The notes under the pieces: generated by a model
Told to the model about the DNA's origin: nothing
Databases searched by the model: none
Seen by the model: the letters and a program-made list of their open reading frames with translations, nothing else
Made by a program: the position numbers and the translations under genes
In this document: in pieces, positions 1-9,332 of the stretch
Numbering within the stretch: position 1 is the first letter of the stretch
How the letters are laid out: every line of letters begins with the position of its first letter
From: a virus
Strand: one strand, 5' to 3'
IMG/VR virus record: IMGVR_UViG_3300046048_000257
Location: 22,879-86,878 of that record
Length of the DNA: 64,000 bases

Positions 1-89
1 ACCGTGCGGCGGGAGGCCGCTTATTTGTAAAGCACATACCACAGTGCAGCGCCGTGACCAGCAGGGTACACGGCGGGTATGTGTGTACT

Positions 90-125
90 GGGCTCAGTGG
101 TGGATGGCCACTGAGCCCTTTTTTT
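90..125 (+). terminator. Rho-independent terminator
   Basis: GGGCTCAGTGG / CCACTGAGCCC 11-bp stem followed by T7. Confidence 0.85.
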
Positions 126-190
126 ATTGATTTACACAGCTTGTGGCTGTAACATGATAGGACCACAATATATAGCTAAGGAGGTGGGGT

Positions 191-616
191 ATGCCGGATT
201 TAATAAAAAAGCTGAGTAATTTACCTAATTTAATGTATGCAATAGTAGGCGCCGTGATTGTGCTGGGCTCAATAGCAGGAGGCGCCTTTTTTATGGAGGA
301 CCGGTACGCTAATGCTGAGCAGACGGTAAAAAGCATGATTATGTTACAGCAGAGCGTGGAAAAGACTAACGTAAAAATAGATATGCACGCTATGCAGCAA
401 AGGATAGATGCCCTCCAGCAGCAGATATGGAAAATGGAGGACCGGTATAACACCACAGACCCCATGGCCATGCCCACAGATGACCGGGCCCGGTATAGAG
501 CGCTGCAAAAGGCAAAAGCAGATGTGGAGTACCAGCTGCGTACAGCAGAGGCGAATTTAGCGCCCTCAGCGCCCTCAGCGCCCAGTACGCCACGGACAAT
601 AGATGGAGGAAACTGA
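191..616 (+). CDS. Membrane-anchored coiled-coil protein
   Basis: AAGGAGGT RBS; one N-terminal hydrophobic helix, then a Gln-rich coiled coil with MEDRY twice. Confidence 0.7.
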   Translation: MPDLIKKLSNLPNLMYAIVGAVIVLGSIAGGAFFMEDRYANAEQTVKSMIMLQQSVEKTNVKIDMHAMQQRIDALQQQIWKMEDRYNTTDPMAMPTDDRARYRALQKAKADVEYQLRTAEANLAPSAPSAPSTPRTIDGGN

Positions 617-924
617 TGAGGCTGTTAGTGGATATGCCAGATGGCCTGATAAACCATGAGGGGCCCTGCGTGCCTGTGGATGAGTTAAGGAGGGCACTGT
701 GCAGCTATGTAGCCAAAAGCGGTAACGTGGTGGTGCTTATCAGGGACCCCGGTGAGCGCCGCTGTGGTAGGGAGCGCCGCCAGTTTAGCTACACAGCGCA
801 CCTGCCTGAGCGGCGTAATGGTGATGATAGGAGGGGCGCCACCATACGTGAAAATGGAGGCGGGAACCCGCAGCGCTGCCCCCAGCCGGAGGAGGGGGGT
901 ACTTATGAGGATGCCAGCCCATGA
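616..924 (+). CDS. Hypothetical protein with ERRxGxERRQFSYTAHxPERRxGxDRR motif
   Basis: GGAGG RBS, TGATG coupling with the upstream gene; Arg-rich repeated ERR/DRR motif. Confidence 0.6.
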   Translation: MRLLVDMPDGLINHEGPCVPVDELRRALCSYVAKSGNVVVLIRDPGERRCGRERRQFSYTAHLPERRNGDDRRGATIRENGGGNPQRCPQPEEGGTYEDASP

Positions 925-1640
925 CAAAGCAAAAGCAAAAACGCCAGCTGGTGGGCCCACTAACCCACCCACCTGCCCAAAAGTATAACCCTAAAAAGCC
1001 ATGCGGGGCCCGTACACGGTCCGGTGAGCCCTGCACCCGCCCTGCCCTACCGGGTAAAAACCGCTGTAAATTACATGGAGGCATGAGTACAGGAGCGCCG
1101 GGTAATGAAAATGGAAAAATAGGCCGCCTGTACGGTGTGGGCTTTACTCCAGCTGAGGAGGTATTTTTAATAGAGGCTGATAAGTATAAGGGCACACTGG
1201 AGGGTGAGCTGGAGGTGCTGCGGGTGGCCCTGTACCGGGCACAGATATGCCAAAAAATATGGCTGGAGCATAAGGGCATACTGGCCAAAATGGATGATGC
1301 TGCCCCTATGGAGGATTACATGAGGCAGCACGGCCTGTGGGATGATATTGTGCTGCACACTGAAACTGGTGAGGCATGGAGTAAGGAGCATGATATGCCC
1401 ATAGATATTAACAAAAAGCGTGTGGAGCGCAGGCAGCGGGATTACTCAAAGGAAATAAAAGAGATAACTGAGAAAATACGCAGGCTGGAGGAAACACAGC
1501 AGAAACTGATACAGGAGCGGCAGGACCCGGATAAAGTTAGCAAAATAGCAGAGGACTTACAGGTATTTTATGCTAATGCGGCGCAGCTGATGCCGGGGGG
1601 TACTATGGATGAGGAGGCACCAGATGAGCTGGATGAGTGA
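921..1640 (+). CDS. HGGxSTG-domain protein, probable terminase small subunit
   Basis: CGARTRSGEPC...RCKLHGGMSTG motif; lies upstream of the large terminase. Confidence 0.75.
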   Translation: MTKQKQKRQLVGPLTHPPAQKYNPKKPCGARTRSGEPCTRPALPGKNRCKLHGGMSTGAPGNENGKIGRLYGVGFTPAEEVFLIEADKYKGTLEGELEVLRVALYRAQICQKIWLEHKGILAKMDDAAPMEDYMRQHGLWDDIVLHTETGEAWSKEHDMPIDINKKRVERRQRDYSKEIKEITEKIRRLEETQQKLIQERQDPDKVSKIAEDLQVFYANAAQLMPGGTMDEEAPDELDE

Positions 1641-1812
1641 CTTAATAAATGAGCTGATAATGGCCAGCCTGTGGTATTACGGGATAGCTCTGGTGGCTGT
1701 ATGTGCTATGGCCTATGGGCTCACTGTTATATACCATAAAATTATAGATAAATTCACACAGGAGGGTGATGATGGCACACGGGCAAAAAACCAGATGGCT
1801 AAAAGGCATTAG
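1633..1812 (+). CDS. Small membrane protein
   Basis: Hydrophobic helix WYYGIALVAVCAMAYGLTVIY. Confidence 0.5.
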   Translation: MSDLINELIMASLWYYGIALVAVCAMAYGLTVIYHKIIDKFTQEGDDGTRAKNQMAKRH

Positions 1813-2344
1813 GCCGGGCTGGCGGACCGCATGGCAGGTGGTAGTGGACCCCGGTGACCCGCAAAATACAGGGGAGCGGCTGGCAGAGCGGTACACATGG
1901 CAGGAGGGTAAATATGAGCTATTTGCTAAGGAGGTGGCCGGAGTAGGTGCCTGCGTTATTACCTTTGACTTTAAAGGGGTACCTAAGCATGCTGGAGGCG
2001 GAGGCCATGACCTGCATGTGAGCTGCTATGGCTATTACAGTGGTAACCATGCTGCGCCTCAGGCCCCTAAGTTTCAGATTTATGATTATGTGGGCACAGA
2101 CTGGGAGGATATTACGGGTATGGTATTCCAGACCGGCCAAAGCGGCTATGAGCGGCTGGAGGGCCGGGTGCCTTATGATGCAAAATACTGGGGCACAGGT
2201 AATAATGTGCGGATACGGATACTGCACCCGGTGATAGGGGGTAACCCGCTGCATGAGTTTCACATTAACCATGTAGGACTGGGCACATATGGTACCACCA
2301 GCACCACCTCCACCACGACCAGCACTACGACCACTGCACCTTAA
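1766..2344 (+). CDS. Beta-rich putative virion protein with C-terminal Thr/Ser tag
   Basis: Ends TTSTTSTTTSTTTTAP; GGAGG RBS. Confidence 0.7.
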   Translation: MMMAHGQKTRWLKGIRPGWRTAWQVVVDPGDPQNTGERLAERYTWQEGKYELFAKEVAGVGACVITFDFKGVPKHAGGGGHDLHVSCYGYYSGNHAAPQAPKFQIYDYVGTDWEDITGMVFQTGQSGYERLEGRVPYDAKYWGTGNNVRIRILHPVIGGNPLHEFHINHVGLGTYGTTSTTSTTTSTTTTAP

Positions 2345-2355
2345 GGAGGCCACTA

Positions 2356-2619
2356 ATGCCGGATGCCAAGGGCACCCCACGTGAGGTGCAGAGCCATAAC
2401 CGTAAAGTGCGCTATCAGGCCCGTAAGGAGGTAGAGGATATGCTTACCAAAAAGTATGGAGGTGGTAAGGCAGCCCGTGAGCGGGCCCGCCAGTTTATGG
2501 AGGGTAAGCATGTGCATAAAACAGATAGCGGGCGCCTTATACTTACCAGCCCTGAGGAGCATGGCAAAAAACATGGCCGTGGTAACCGGGGTAAACCAAA
2601 GGCGTACAGGAGGACTTAA
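2356..2619 (+). CDS. Small basic protein (possible degenerate HNH)
   Basis: AAGGAGG RBS; HVH...LILTSPEEHGKKH. Confidence 0.55.
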   Translation: MPDAKGTPREVQSHNRKVRYQARKEVEDMLTKKYGGGKAARERARQFMEGKHVHKTDSGRLILTSPEEHGKKHGRGNRGKPKAYRRT

Positions 2620-2816
2620 TGCCTAAGTTTTGCACGGAGTATTATGTGGGCCCCATGTTATACGGTGATTATGTGGAGGCGCCGGACTGGGATGCTGCAC
2701 AGGCCATATGTGATGAGCGCCGGGCTCACTGTAAGGAGCGTGTGGTGGGTAAGCTGGTGGGCGCCATAGAGGTGGATGATATAACTATGATACAGCTGGG
2801 GGCTATTTTAAACTGA
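2619..2816 (+). CDS. Hypothetical protein
   Basis: TAATG overlap; AGGAGG RBS. Confidence 0.6.
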   Translation: MPKFCTEYYVGPMLYGDYVEAPDWDAAQAICDERRAHCKERVVGKLVGAIEVDDITMIQLGAILN

Positions 2817-4246
2817 TGCCTGTACTTAAGCCATACAGCCTGCCTCCAGCAGGCACATTAACCCGCAGATGGCACCCTATGTTTGACCACCCGGAGCAGA
2901 TACGACTGGTACGCAGCCGGGCCCGCTTTAACGTGGTGCCTGCTGGGCGCCGCAGTGGCAAAACGGAAATAATTGGAAAGCGTAAGCTGGTGCTCAAAGC
3001 CCTTAATGCACACAGAGCGGACCTGCCCCAGTTTCATATCCCATACCCGGACCCCCGGCTATTTGTGGCTGCCCCTACCCGTGACCAAGTAAAACGCATA
3101 TACTGGAACGATTTAAAGCTATTGATACCACCCCGGTTTATTGTGGGCAGGCCTAATGAAAGCCAGCTGATGATACAGCTGATTAACGGAGCTGAAATAT
3201 GGTGTTTAGGGATGGATAAGCCGGAGCGTGCTGAGGGTGTGGCGTGGGATTACGGTGTGCTGGATGAGTATGGCAACATGAAAAAGGAAACGTGGCCAGA
3301 GCACATACGGGCTGCGCTCAGCGATAGGCGGGGCTCATGTGATTTTATAGGGGTGCCTGAGGGCCGTAACCACTATTATGACTTGTATAAGGATGCACAG
3401 GCCAGAGCTGTGTGGGCCCGTAAAAAGGGCACGCAGACCACATGGGATACTTTTCACTGGATAAGCGCAGATATTCTGGACCCGGAGGAAATAGAGGAGG
3501 CAAAGCGTGATTTAGATGAGCTGACTTACCAGCAGGAGTATGAGGCCAGCTTTATCAATTTTACCGGGCGGGCGTACTGGGCATTTATGGAGCAGTGGCA
3601 CTGTGCCCCGTTGCAATATAATCCAAAGGGTGATTTAGCCTTTTGTTTTGACTTTAACGTGGACCCCGGTGTGGCTGTGGTGGTGCAGGAGCAGCTACTG
3701 CCACAGCGTTTACGTGGAGCGGACCAGCTGGAGGTAGGTGATGGTATTATAGGTGAGGTATTTATACCACGGGCGAGTAACACCGTAAGGGTGTGCGATA
3801 AACTGATACAGGACTGGGGTGAGCACAGGGGGCGTATTATTTTATACGGTGATTTTACTGGGGGCGCCAGAGGCTCTGCTGCTGTGCTGGGCAGTGACTG
3901 GCAGCTGGTAAAGCAGAAAATGTGGGCCCATTTTAATAAGTCTGGTGAGGACCGGGTGGCCACACGGGTAAAGCCTAATCCACGGGAACGTGACCGGATA
4001 AACAGTGTTAACAGCAGGCTGCTCAGTATTGATAAGCATATACGCTGTATGGTGGACCCCTCCAGAGCCCCTAAAACGGTGCGTGATTTTGAGGGGGTGG
4101 CCTTAGTGGAGGGGGGCAGTGGTGAAATTGATAAAACCACCAGCCCGGAGCTAACCCATTTAACTGATGCCTATGGATATAGAACATGGGTGGAGTATCC
4201 GGTAAAAAAGGAGTATGGGCCCAGCAGGCAGACTCACTGGAAATGA
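2816..4246 (+). CDS. terL: Terminase large subunit
   Basis: Walker A AGRRSGKT, Walker B YGVLDEY, coupling motif GVPEG, nuclease DFNVDP and HLTDAYGY. Confidence 0.95.
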   Translation: MPVLKPYSLPPAGTLTRRWHPMFDHPEQIRLVRSRARFNVVPAGRRSGKTEIIGKRKLVLKALNAHRADLPQFHIPYPDPRLFVAAPTRDQVKRIYWNDLKLLIPPRFIVGRPNESQLMIQLINGAEIWCLGMDKPERAEGVAWDYGVLDEYGNMKKETWPEHIRAALSDRRGSCDFIGVPEGRNHYYDLYKDAQARAVWARKKGTQTTWDTFHWISADILDPEEIEEAKRDLDELTYQQEYEASFINFTGRAYWAFMEQWHCAPLQYNPKGDLAFCFDFNVDPGVAVVVQEQLLPQRLRGADQLEVGDGIIGEVFIPRASNTVRVCDKLIQDWGEHRGRIILYGDFTGGARGSAAVLGSDWQLVKQKMWAHFNKSGEDRVATRVKPNPRERDRINSVNSRLLSIDKHIRCMVDPSRAPKTVRDFEGVALVEGGSGEIDKTTSPELTHLTDAYGYRTWVEYPVKKEYGPSRQTHWK

Positions 4247-4701
4247 TAAAGGGGGGTGCGGTGGAGTGTAACACGGGGCATGTGCTCATTACAGCAGAGC
4301 GCAGGCCTCCGGGGGTAAAGCCAAAATGTGGGGTGTGTAGGGATTATATAGCTGCGGATACCCCATGTATCAAGATACGGGCACAGTACACGGAGGCCAG
4401 TACATTTTATTTACACGTACAGTGCGCTGGAGGGGTGCTGTTTAACCTTATGCGGGCCTATAACTATTCACACAATGGGCTCAGCAAGGGTAAAGGCGGC
4501 GCAGGGCGTACTTTTGGAGCGCTGCTGGACACGGCGCCTCCGGCCATAGAGGGTTTTGCGGTGTGTAAGCGGGCAGATGGCCTCCATGTGGAGCTGAAAA
4601 AGCGCCGGGGCAGGCCTCCGGGCGCAAAAAACCGATTTAAAAAGCCCAAAAAGCGGGGGCCGGGCAGGCCTAAGGGCAGTAAGAATAAACCAAAGCGGTA
4701 A
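4243..4701 (+). CDS. Zn-finger plus AT-hook DNA-binding protein
   Basis: CGVC...HVQC; KRRGRPPG and RGPGRPKGSKNKPKR; ATGA overlap with terL stop. Confidence 0.7.
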   Translation: MIKGGAVECNTGHVLITAERRPPGVKPKCGVCRDYIAADTPCIKIRAQYTEASTFYLHVQCAGGVLFNLMRAYNYSHNGLSKGKGGAGRTFGALLDTAPPAIEGFAVCKRADGLHVELKKRRGRPPGAKNRFKKPKKRGPGRPKGSKNKPKR

Positions 4702-4711
4702 AGGAGGGCGT

Positions 4712-5353
4712 ATGGGTAAACTTAATGTGGGTGAGTGGAATAAAACCACACCCATAAGCGGCTATGTGATAGAAAACCACCGGGATGTGTGGGAGTCTAA
4801 TGACCGGATAGACCGGCCTAAATGCACACTTTTTGGCAGACCCGCCCAGCAGGCCTTTACGGCCTTTTTTGTGTGGGAGAAACTGCTGGGCCCACTGGAG
4901 TTTAAGCGTTTTGTGGAAGTGGGCACAGGCTTTGGTAACACCAGCGTGTTTTTTATGCTCCACTGTATCCAAAAAGGCGCCATGTTTGTTACCCATGAGC
5001 GGATGGCTAACCGCAGCACTAACAGCAGCCCACTTAAGGAGCTGCTGGACCTAAAAAGCTGCTGTGTGGTGGGTGATGTGTATGGGCCCACTATCTCACA
5101 GGGTATCATGGAGCTGGTGGGCAGGCCGGGGCGCACCGTTATGTTTTTAGATGGCGGTGATAAGCCCCATGAGTTTAGCCTTTTTGTGCCTGCCCTAAAG
5201 GCCGGTGACATAGTGGCGGTCCATGACTGGGGCCGGGCCATAAAGCGCCCATGGGTGGAGCATATCATAGAACTTAAGGGCCTCCAGCCGGTACTGGAGG
5301 AGGATAACATAAAACTTGAAACCCTAACCCGGATGTGGGAGGTGACAAAATGA
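4712..5353 (+). CDS. Class I SAM-dependent methyltransferase (Methyltransf_24/CmcI-like)
   Basis: VEVGTGFG motif I; FLDGGDK; LKAGDIVAVHD. Confidence 0.8.
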   Translation: MGKLNVGEWNKTTPISGYVIENHRDVWESNDRIDRPKCTLFGRPAQQAFTAFFVWEKLLGPLEFKRFVEVGTGFGNTSVFFMLHCIQKGAMFVTHERMANRSTNSSPLKELLDLKSCCVVGDVYGPTISQGIMELVGRPGRTVMFLDGGDKPHEFSLFVPALKAGDIVAVHDWGRAIKRPWVEHIIELKGLQPVLEEDNIKLETLTRMWEVTK

Positions 5354-5835
5354 TGGCAGAGGATGCACGCAGGAAAGTGGCCACCCAGCTGGCCATGACC
5401 TTTTTGGGCCTGCCCTACCTGTGGGGCGGTGATGACCCTGTGGCAGGCTTTGACTGTTCTGGCATGTGTATTGAGATTTTAAAGGCAGTGGACCTGCTGC
5501 CCCGTAATGGTGACTGGACCGCAGCTGGCCTGTGGCACCACTTTGCCAATAACCACGGCTGTGCGGTGCTGCGTACACAGGTAAGGGAGGGCTGTTTAGT
5601 ATTCTGGCATAGCCCCAGTGATGCTAAGCGCATAATCCATGTGGAGTATGCGATAAATGAGGAGCTGTGCATAGGCGCCTCCGGGGGCGGGAGCGCCACC
5701 ACGGACCGGGCACAGGCCATTAAGCAAAACGCATACATTAAGATACGGCCTTTTAACAGCCGTGCGGGTATTTACGGAGTGGTGGACCCGTTTAAGTTGA
5801 AATACGGAGGCGGCTATACCAGTGAGCCAGTGTGA
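5350..5835 (+). CDS. NlpC/P60 cysteine peptidase (candidate endolysin)
   Basis: PYLWGGDDPVAGFDCSG catalytic Cys motif; downstream HVE. Confidence 0.9.
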   Translation: MMAEDARRKVATQLAMTFLGLPYLWGGDDPVAGFDCSGMCIEILKAVDLLPRNGDWTAAGLWHHFANNHGCAVLRTQVREGCLVFWHSPSDAKRIIHVEYAINEELCIGASGGGSATTDRAQAIKQNAYIKIRPFNSRAGIYGVVDPFKLKYGGGYTSEPV

Positions 5836-5965
5836 GCACAGGGGGCGCTGCCCTATGTGCGGTAAACTGAAACCCTACACAGAGCTGTGCACATGCTGGG
5901 AGTTTAAGGATGATAAGATAATCCGTAAGGAGGGTGATGATGCCCACAAAAAGCTGGAAAACTAA
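5822..5965 (+). CDS. Small Cys-rich protein
   Basis: GTG start after GGAGG; CPMC...CTC; not in the ORF track. Confidence 0.4.
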   Translation: MSQCEHRGRCPMCGKLKPYTELCTCWEFKDDKIIRKEGDDAHKKLEN

Positions 5966-6092
5966 AGGTAAGTGGTGAGCCCGCTGGGGTAAAAGCGGTA
6001 AGGTGTACTGCTCTAAAAATAAAAACAGTGCTGTGGCCAGAGCTAATAAGCAGGCCAGAGCGGCATACAGCTCAGGGTATAAAGGCAAATAA
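5937..6092 (+). CDS. Small basic phage protein with in-frame TGA (candidate selenoprotein or pseudogene)
   Basis: TAAGGAGG RBS; MMPTKSWKTKGKW(TGA)ARWGKSGKVYCSKNKNSAVARANKQARAAYSSGYKGK; hairpin at 5994-6012. Confidence 0.65.
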
Positions 6093-6093
6093 C

Positions 6094-6801
6094 GTGGCTT
6101 TGAGTTTCGGGGCCCCGGATGGCCGGGGCGCACATGACTGGTTTTTTCATATACCCCGCACAGGGGGTAATTACACGATATACACCATTACCAAGTGCAC
6201 TGAGCAGGAGGGCAGGCTGGTGTATGCCCAGCATAAAGGGCATATGCACTGCGGTCCGCTTAAGGTGCCTCCAGATATTATACGCAGGTGCTTTACCATA
6301 GTGCGCCCGCCGCTGGACTGGTACCGCAGCTTTTACCGGTTTAGGATTACAAAGCACTATGTGGGCCGGAATATGGAGCCCGGCCACCCGCTGGATAAAC
6401 ACATATGGACCGGCCAGCACCAGAATGGTGGGCACATTTACCCGTTTAATGAGTTTGTGGGCTCAGTTTTGGCTGAGCACCCCCACGGGTATCTTACCAA
6501 GCTGTATGGTAAATTTATGCCTTATGTGGATGAAATACTGAGCACAGATGAGCTAACTAAGGAGCTGCCCGCTATGCTGGAGCGCTGGGGCTATGCGGTG
6601 CCACAGGTCCGCAAAAAGCCCCGCAATATTACTAAGGACCGTGATGGTAACTGGCAGCCTCCGGCCATATTCTATGAGCGGGTGAAACGGGGCCACCCTG
6701 TGGATGAGCTGCCCGTGGATATTGCACCTGATATACTGGCAGCCATGGAGGCTGCTGAGCATAAAATCATTAGGGACTTACGTGATAGGAGGATACTATG
6801 A
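6094..6801 (+). CDS. Sulfotransferase family 2-like protein
   Basis: 5'-PSB-like FFHIPRTGG and 3'-PB-like FTIVRPPLDWYRSFY; GTG start right after the upstream TAA. Confidence 0.8.
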   Translation: MALSFGAPDGRGAHDWFFHIPRTGGNYTIYTITKCTEQEGRLVYAQHKGHMHCGPLKVPPDIIRRCFTIVRPPLDWYRSFYRFRITKHYVGRNMEPGHPLDKHIWTGQHQNGGHIYPFNEFVGSVLAEHPHGYLTKLYGKFMPYVDEILSTDELTKELPAMLERWGYAVPQVRKKPRNITKDRDGNWQPPAIFYERVKRGHPVDELPVDIAPDILAAMEAAEHKIIRDLRDRRIL

Positions 6802-7343
6802 GCAAAATGGACCTGTATAAGCAGCATGCCCCGCAGATACAGAGCGGCGACCTGATAGAATGGCGCAGCGCCAGCCCGCTGGGGGCGGCCATACGGTTGT
6901 TTACCCGTAAGGAGGTTAACCACTCCAGCATAGCCATACGGCCTAAGGAGTATGCAGCGCTCAGTGACCGGCGTTTTTTAATAGAGGCCTTAAGTGGAGG
7001 GCTGGTACCCCGGCTGCTGAGCACACGGCTGGAGGAGTTTAAAGGTGAGGTGTACTGGTGCGCCCTTAAGCCCTCTGTGGTAAGTGAGGCGCAGCGGGAG
7101 GCCATGGCCTGCTGGGCTATATTGGAAACGGTAAAAGGCACCCGGTACGATTATGGCAGCCTTTTTGGCAACATGGTAAGCCGGGTAAATGTGGATGCCA
7201 GCCGCTGGTTTTGCAGTGAGGCGTACACAGCTATGCTCCAGCATGTGCAGCTGGTAGGCAGAAACGTAAAAGCACGGAGGCCGGGTGAGTTTGGCCCGCT
7301 GGGGCTGCATATACCGCCTGTGCTCATTTATAAAAACACATAA
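6798..7343 (+). CDS. Permuted papain-like amidase (YiiX/YaeF-like)
   Basis: GDLI...HSSI...YDY...FCSE, with His before Cys. Confidence 0.8.
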   Translation: MSKMDLYKQHAPQIQSGDLIEWRSASPLGAAIRLFTRKEVNHSSIAIRPKEYAALSDRRFLIEALSGGLVPRLLSTRLEEFKGEVYWCALKPSVVSEAQREAMACWAILETVKGTRYDYGSLFGNMVSRVNVDASRWFCSEAYTAMLQHVQLVGRNVKARRPGEFGPLGLHIPPVLIYKNT

Positions 7344-7354
7344 GGAGGTATATT

Positions 7355-9022
7355 ATGGCTAAAACTATGACCATGACTGAGTTAAGGGCCACTCATGTGT
7401 ACTATGATGCTTATAAGTTGTTTTGGGATTTTATGCTGGCCAGCTATGAGGGTATCCGGGCGCTGGTGGCCGGTAACCACGTGCTGTTTAAGCATGAGCG
7501 TGAAACGCAGGCTAATTATGACCGCAGGGTGAGTGAGGCGTATGGCTTTGGGTACAGCCAGAGCATAGTGGATATATTTAATTTTTATCTATTTAAAAAG
7601 CCGCCTAAGCGGGATATGGGCCCACTGGCTAAGGATAAGCAGTGGCTCATGTTTAATGATGACTGTGACCTGTACGGAGCGGACTTTGACCAGTGGATGC
7701 TGGAAAGCCAGCGCTATGCGGCCATACTGGGCCATGTGGGCCTGCTGGTGGATAAGGGCAGCACGGAGTATAAAACCAAAAAGCAGGAGCTGGATAATAA
7801 AGTGTATCCATATGTGGCCCGGTACTTTCCACAGGCCATACTGGACTGGACCTATGACCGGGATGACAATAACCGCCCGTATCTGAGTATGATAAAATTA
7901 CTGGATGATGATGGCCGGTACCGGATATGGACCACAGAGGAGTGGGCAGTGTATGCGCCTACTGATGAGCAGGTGAAAAGTGCCCCGCAGGTGCGGGATG
8001 CACAGACCGGCCAAGTGCGTGGTGGTGGAGGCACCACGGGTGAGGAGCCGGAGGTGGAGCCGGAGGATTTTGGCCCTAATCCATTTATGAAAAATGGAGG
8101 GCGGGGTGAAATACCTTTTGTGTGGATGTATAACCTAAAAAGCAAGCTGCGTAATATCGGCGTGAGTGACATAAAGGATGTGGCGTACATAGATGGCTCC
8201 ATAATCCGTAACCTCAGTGAGGGTGAGGAGGTGATAACTTATGGGGCATTTCCTATGCTGCGCACCCCTATGCGTGAAAAAGGGCTGGCGCCCTCCGATA
8301 AATCAGATGTTAAGGATGTAGGCATAACCGCCCTGATGGAGTTTGACCCGGAGCACCCGGAAAGTAAGCCGGACTGGATGGAGGCGGCGGTAAGTGAGCC
8401 CATAGATGCCATACTGGCGTGGATGCTGCGCAAGGTGGAGGAAATATACCGCAGCTCTAATGCAGGGGGCATGGCGGGCACAGAAATACAGAGCCAAGCT
8501 AAAAGCGGTACCGCCCTTAAGGCTGAGTTTCAGCTGCTTAACTCAAAGCTGGTAAGCAAAGGGGCTAACACGGAGCAGAGTGAGAAAAGCATAGTGCGGT
8601 ACTGGGGCATGTGGCAAAAAATGGATGAGGCACAGATGGAAAAAGTGGTAATTGAGTACAGCCGCACCTATGATATAGAAAATCTAACGCAGGACCTTGA
8701 AAACGCACTAACGGCCAAAACATTAGTGATGAGTAAGACTTTCAGGGCCCAGCTCCAGAAAAACGTGGCCCGCCAGATGCTGCCCGCAGCTGAGCCCCGC
8801 CTGCTGGATGATATAGATAAGGAAATAGATGAGGCTGTGGAGGAGCAGGAGGGCGCACCGGATACCTCCGGCGCCGGTAATATAGATGAGTTTGGAAGTA
8901 AGCCGGGTGAGGGTGCCACTGCTGCGGATGCTGTGGCCAGACCCGGCCAATTAGTACCAATACCCGGAGGTAAAAGCGTTGTACCGCCTGTGGCCTCCGG
9001 TACGGGAGGAGGTGAGCGGTAA
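7355..9022 (+). CDS. Portal protein
   Basis: 555 aa between terL and MuF; GEIPFV and KSGTALK motifs; acidic low-complexity C-terminus. Confidence 0.85.
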   Translation: MAKTMTMTELRATHVYYDAYKLFWDFMLASYEGIRALVAGNHVLFKHERETQANYDRRVSEAYGFGYSQSIVDIFNFYLFKKPPKRDMGPLAKDKQWLMFNDDCDLYGADFDQWMLESQRYAAILGHVGLLVDKGSTEYKTKKQELDNKVYPYVARYFPQAILDWTYDRDDNNRPYLSMIKLLDDDGRYRIWTTEEWAVYAPTDEQVKSAPQVRDAQTGQVRGGGGTTGEEPEVEPEDFGPNPFMKNGGRGEIPFVWMYNLKSKLRNIGVSDIKDVAYIDGSIIRNLSEGEEVITYGAFPMLRTPMREKGLAPSDKSDVKDVGITALMEFDPEHPESKPDWMEAAVSEPIDAILAWMLRKVEEIYRSSNAGGMAGTEIQSQAKSGTALKAEFQLLNSKLVSKGANTEQSEKSIVRYWGMWQKMDEAQMEKVVIEYSRTYDIENLTQDLENALTAKTLVMSKTFRAQLQKNVARQMLPAAEPRLLDDIDKEIDEAVEEQEGAPDTSGAGNIDEFGSKPGEGATAADAVARPGQLVPIPGGKSVVPPVASGTGGGER

Positions 9023-9252
9023 TGGTGGATAACGGTACAGATACCAAAGGTGCTAATGAACCTTACGCCCGGCAGGGCGGCACTAACCCGGCTAATGAAA
9101 TACCTAAGAAAATGCGCCGGGATGATAAGGCTTACATAGACAGTAAGCTGGGCATGTTTAAAAAGGACCATGCCATGAGTGTGCACCAGCGCCATATGGA
9201 CTTAGTGCGTAAAAATGCGCTGGATAACAGTGTAAAACGTAAACTGCCATAG
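9022..9252 (+). CDS. Hypothetical protein
   Basis: TAATG overlap; GGAGG RBS. Confidence 0.55.
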   Translation: MVDNGTDTKGANEPYARQGGTNPANEIPKKMRRDDKAYIDSKLGMFKKDHAMSVHQRHMDLVRKNALDNSVKRKLP

Positions 9253-9332
9253 GATGGCAGCCGGTAACCCTAAGCGCCCCGTGTAGGGCCTCTGAGTGAG
9301 CCTGAGGGGTATTTTTGAACAGGAGCAGAACT

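Noticed and set aside
2356-2619. Active HNH packaging endonuclease
   Set aside because: Only partial His pattern; conserved Asn and Cys ligands not evident.
6028-6093. Track start for the sulfotransferase, and track starts lying inside early repeats (49004, 50220, 50801, 55314, 56750)
   Set aside because: Better starts exist downstream with an RBS or stop/start coupling; the extensions merely translate repeat or upstream-gene DNA.
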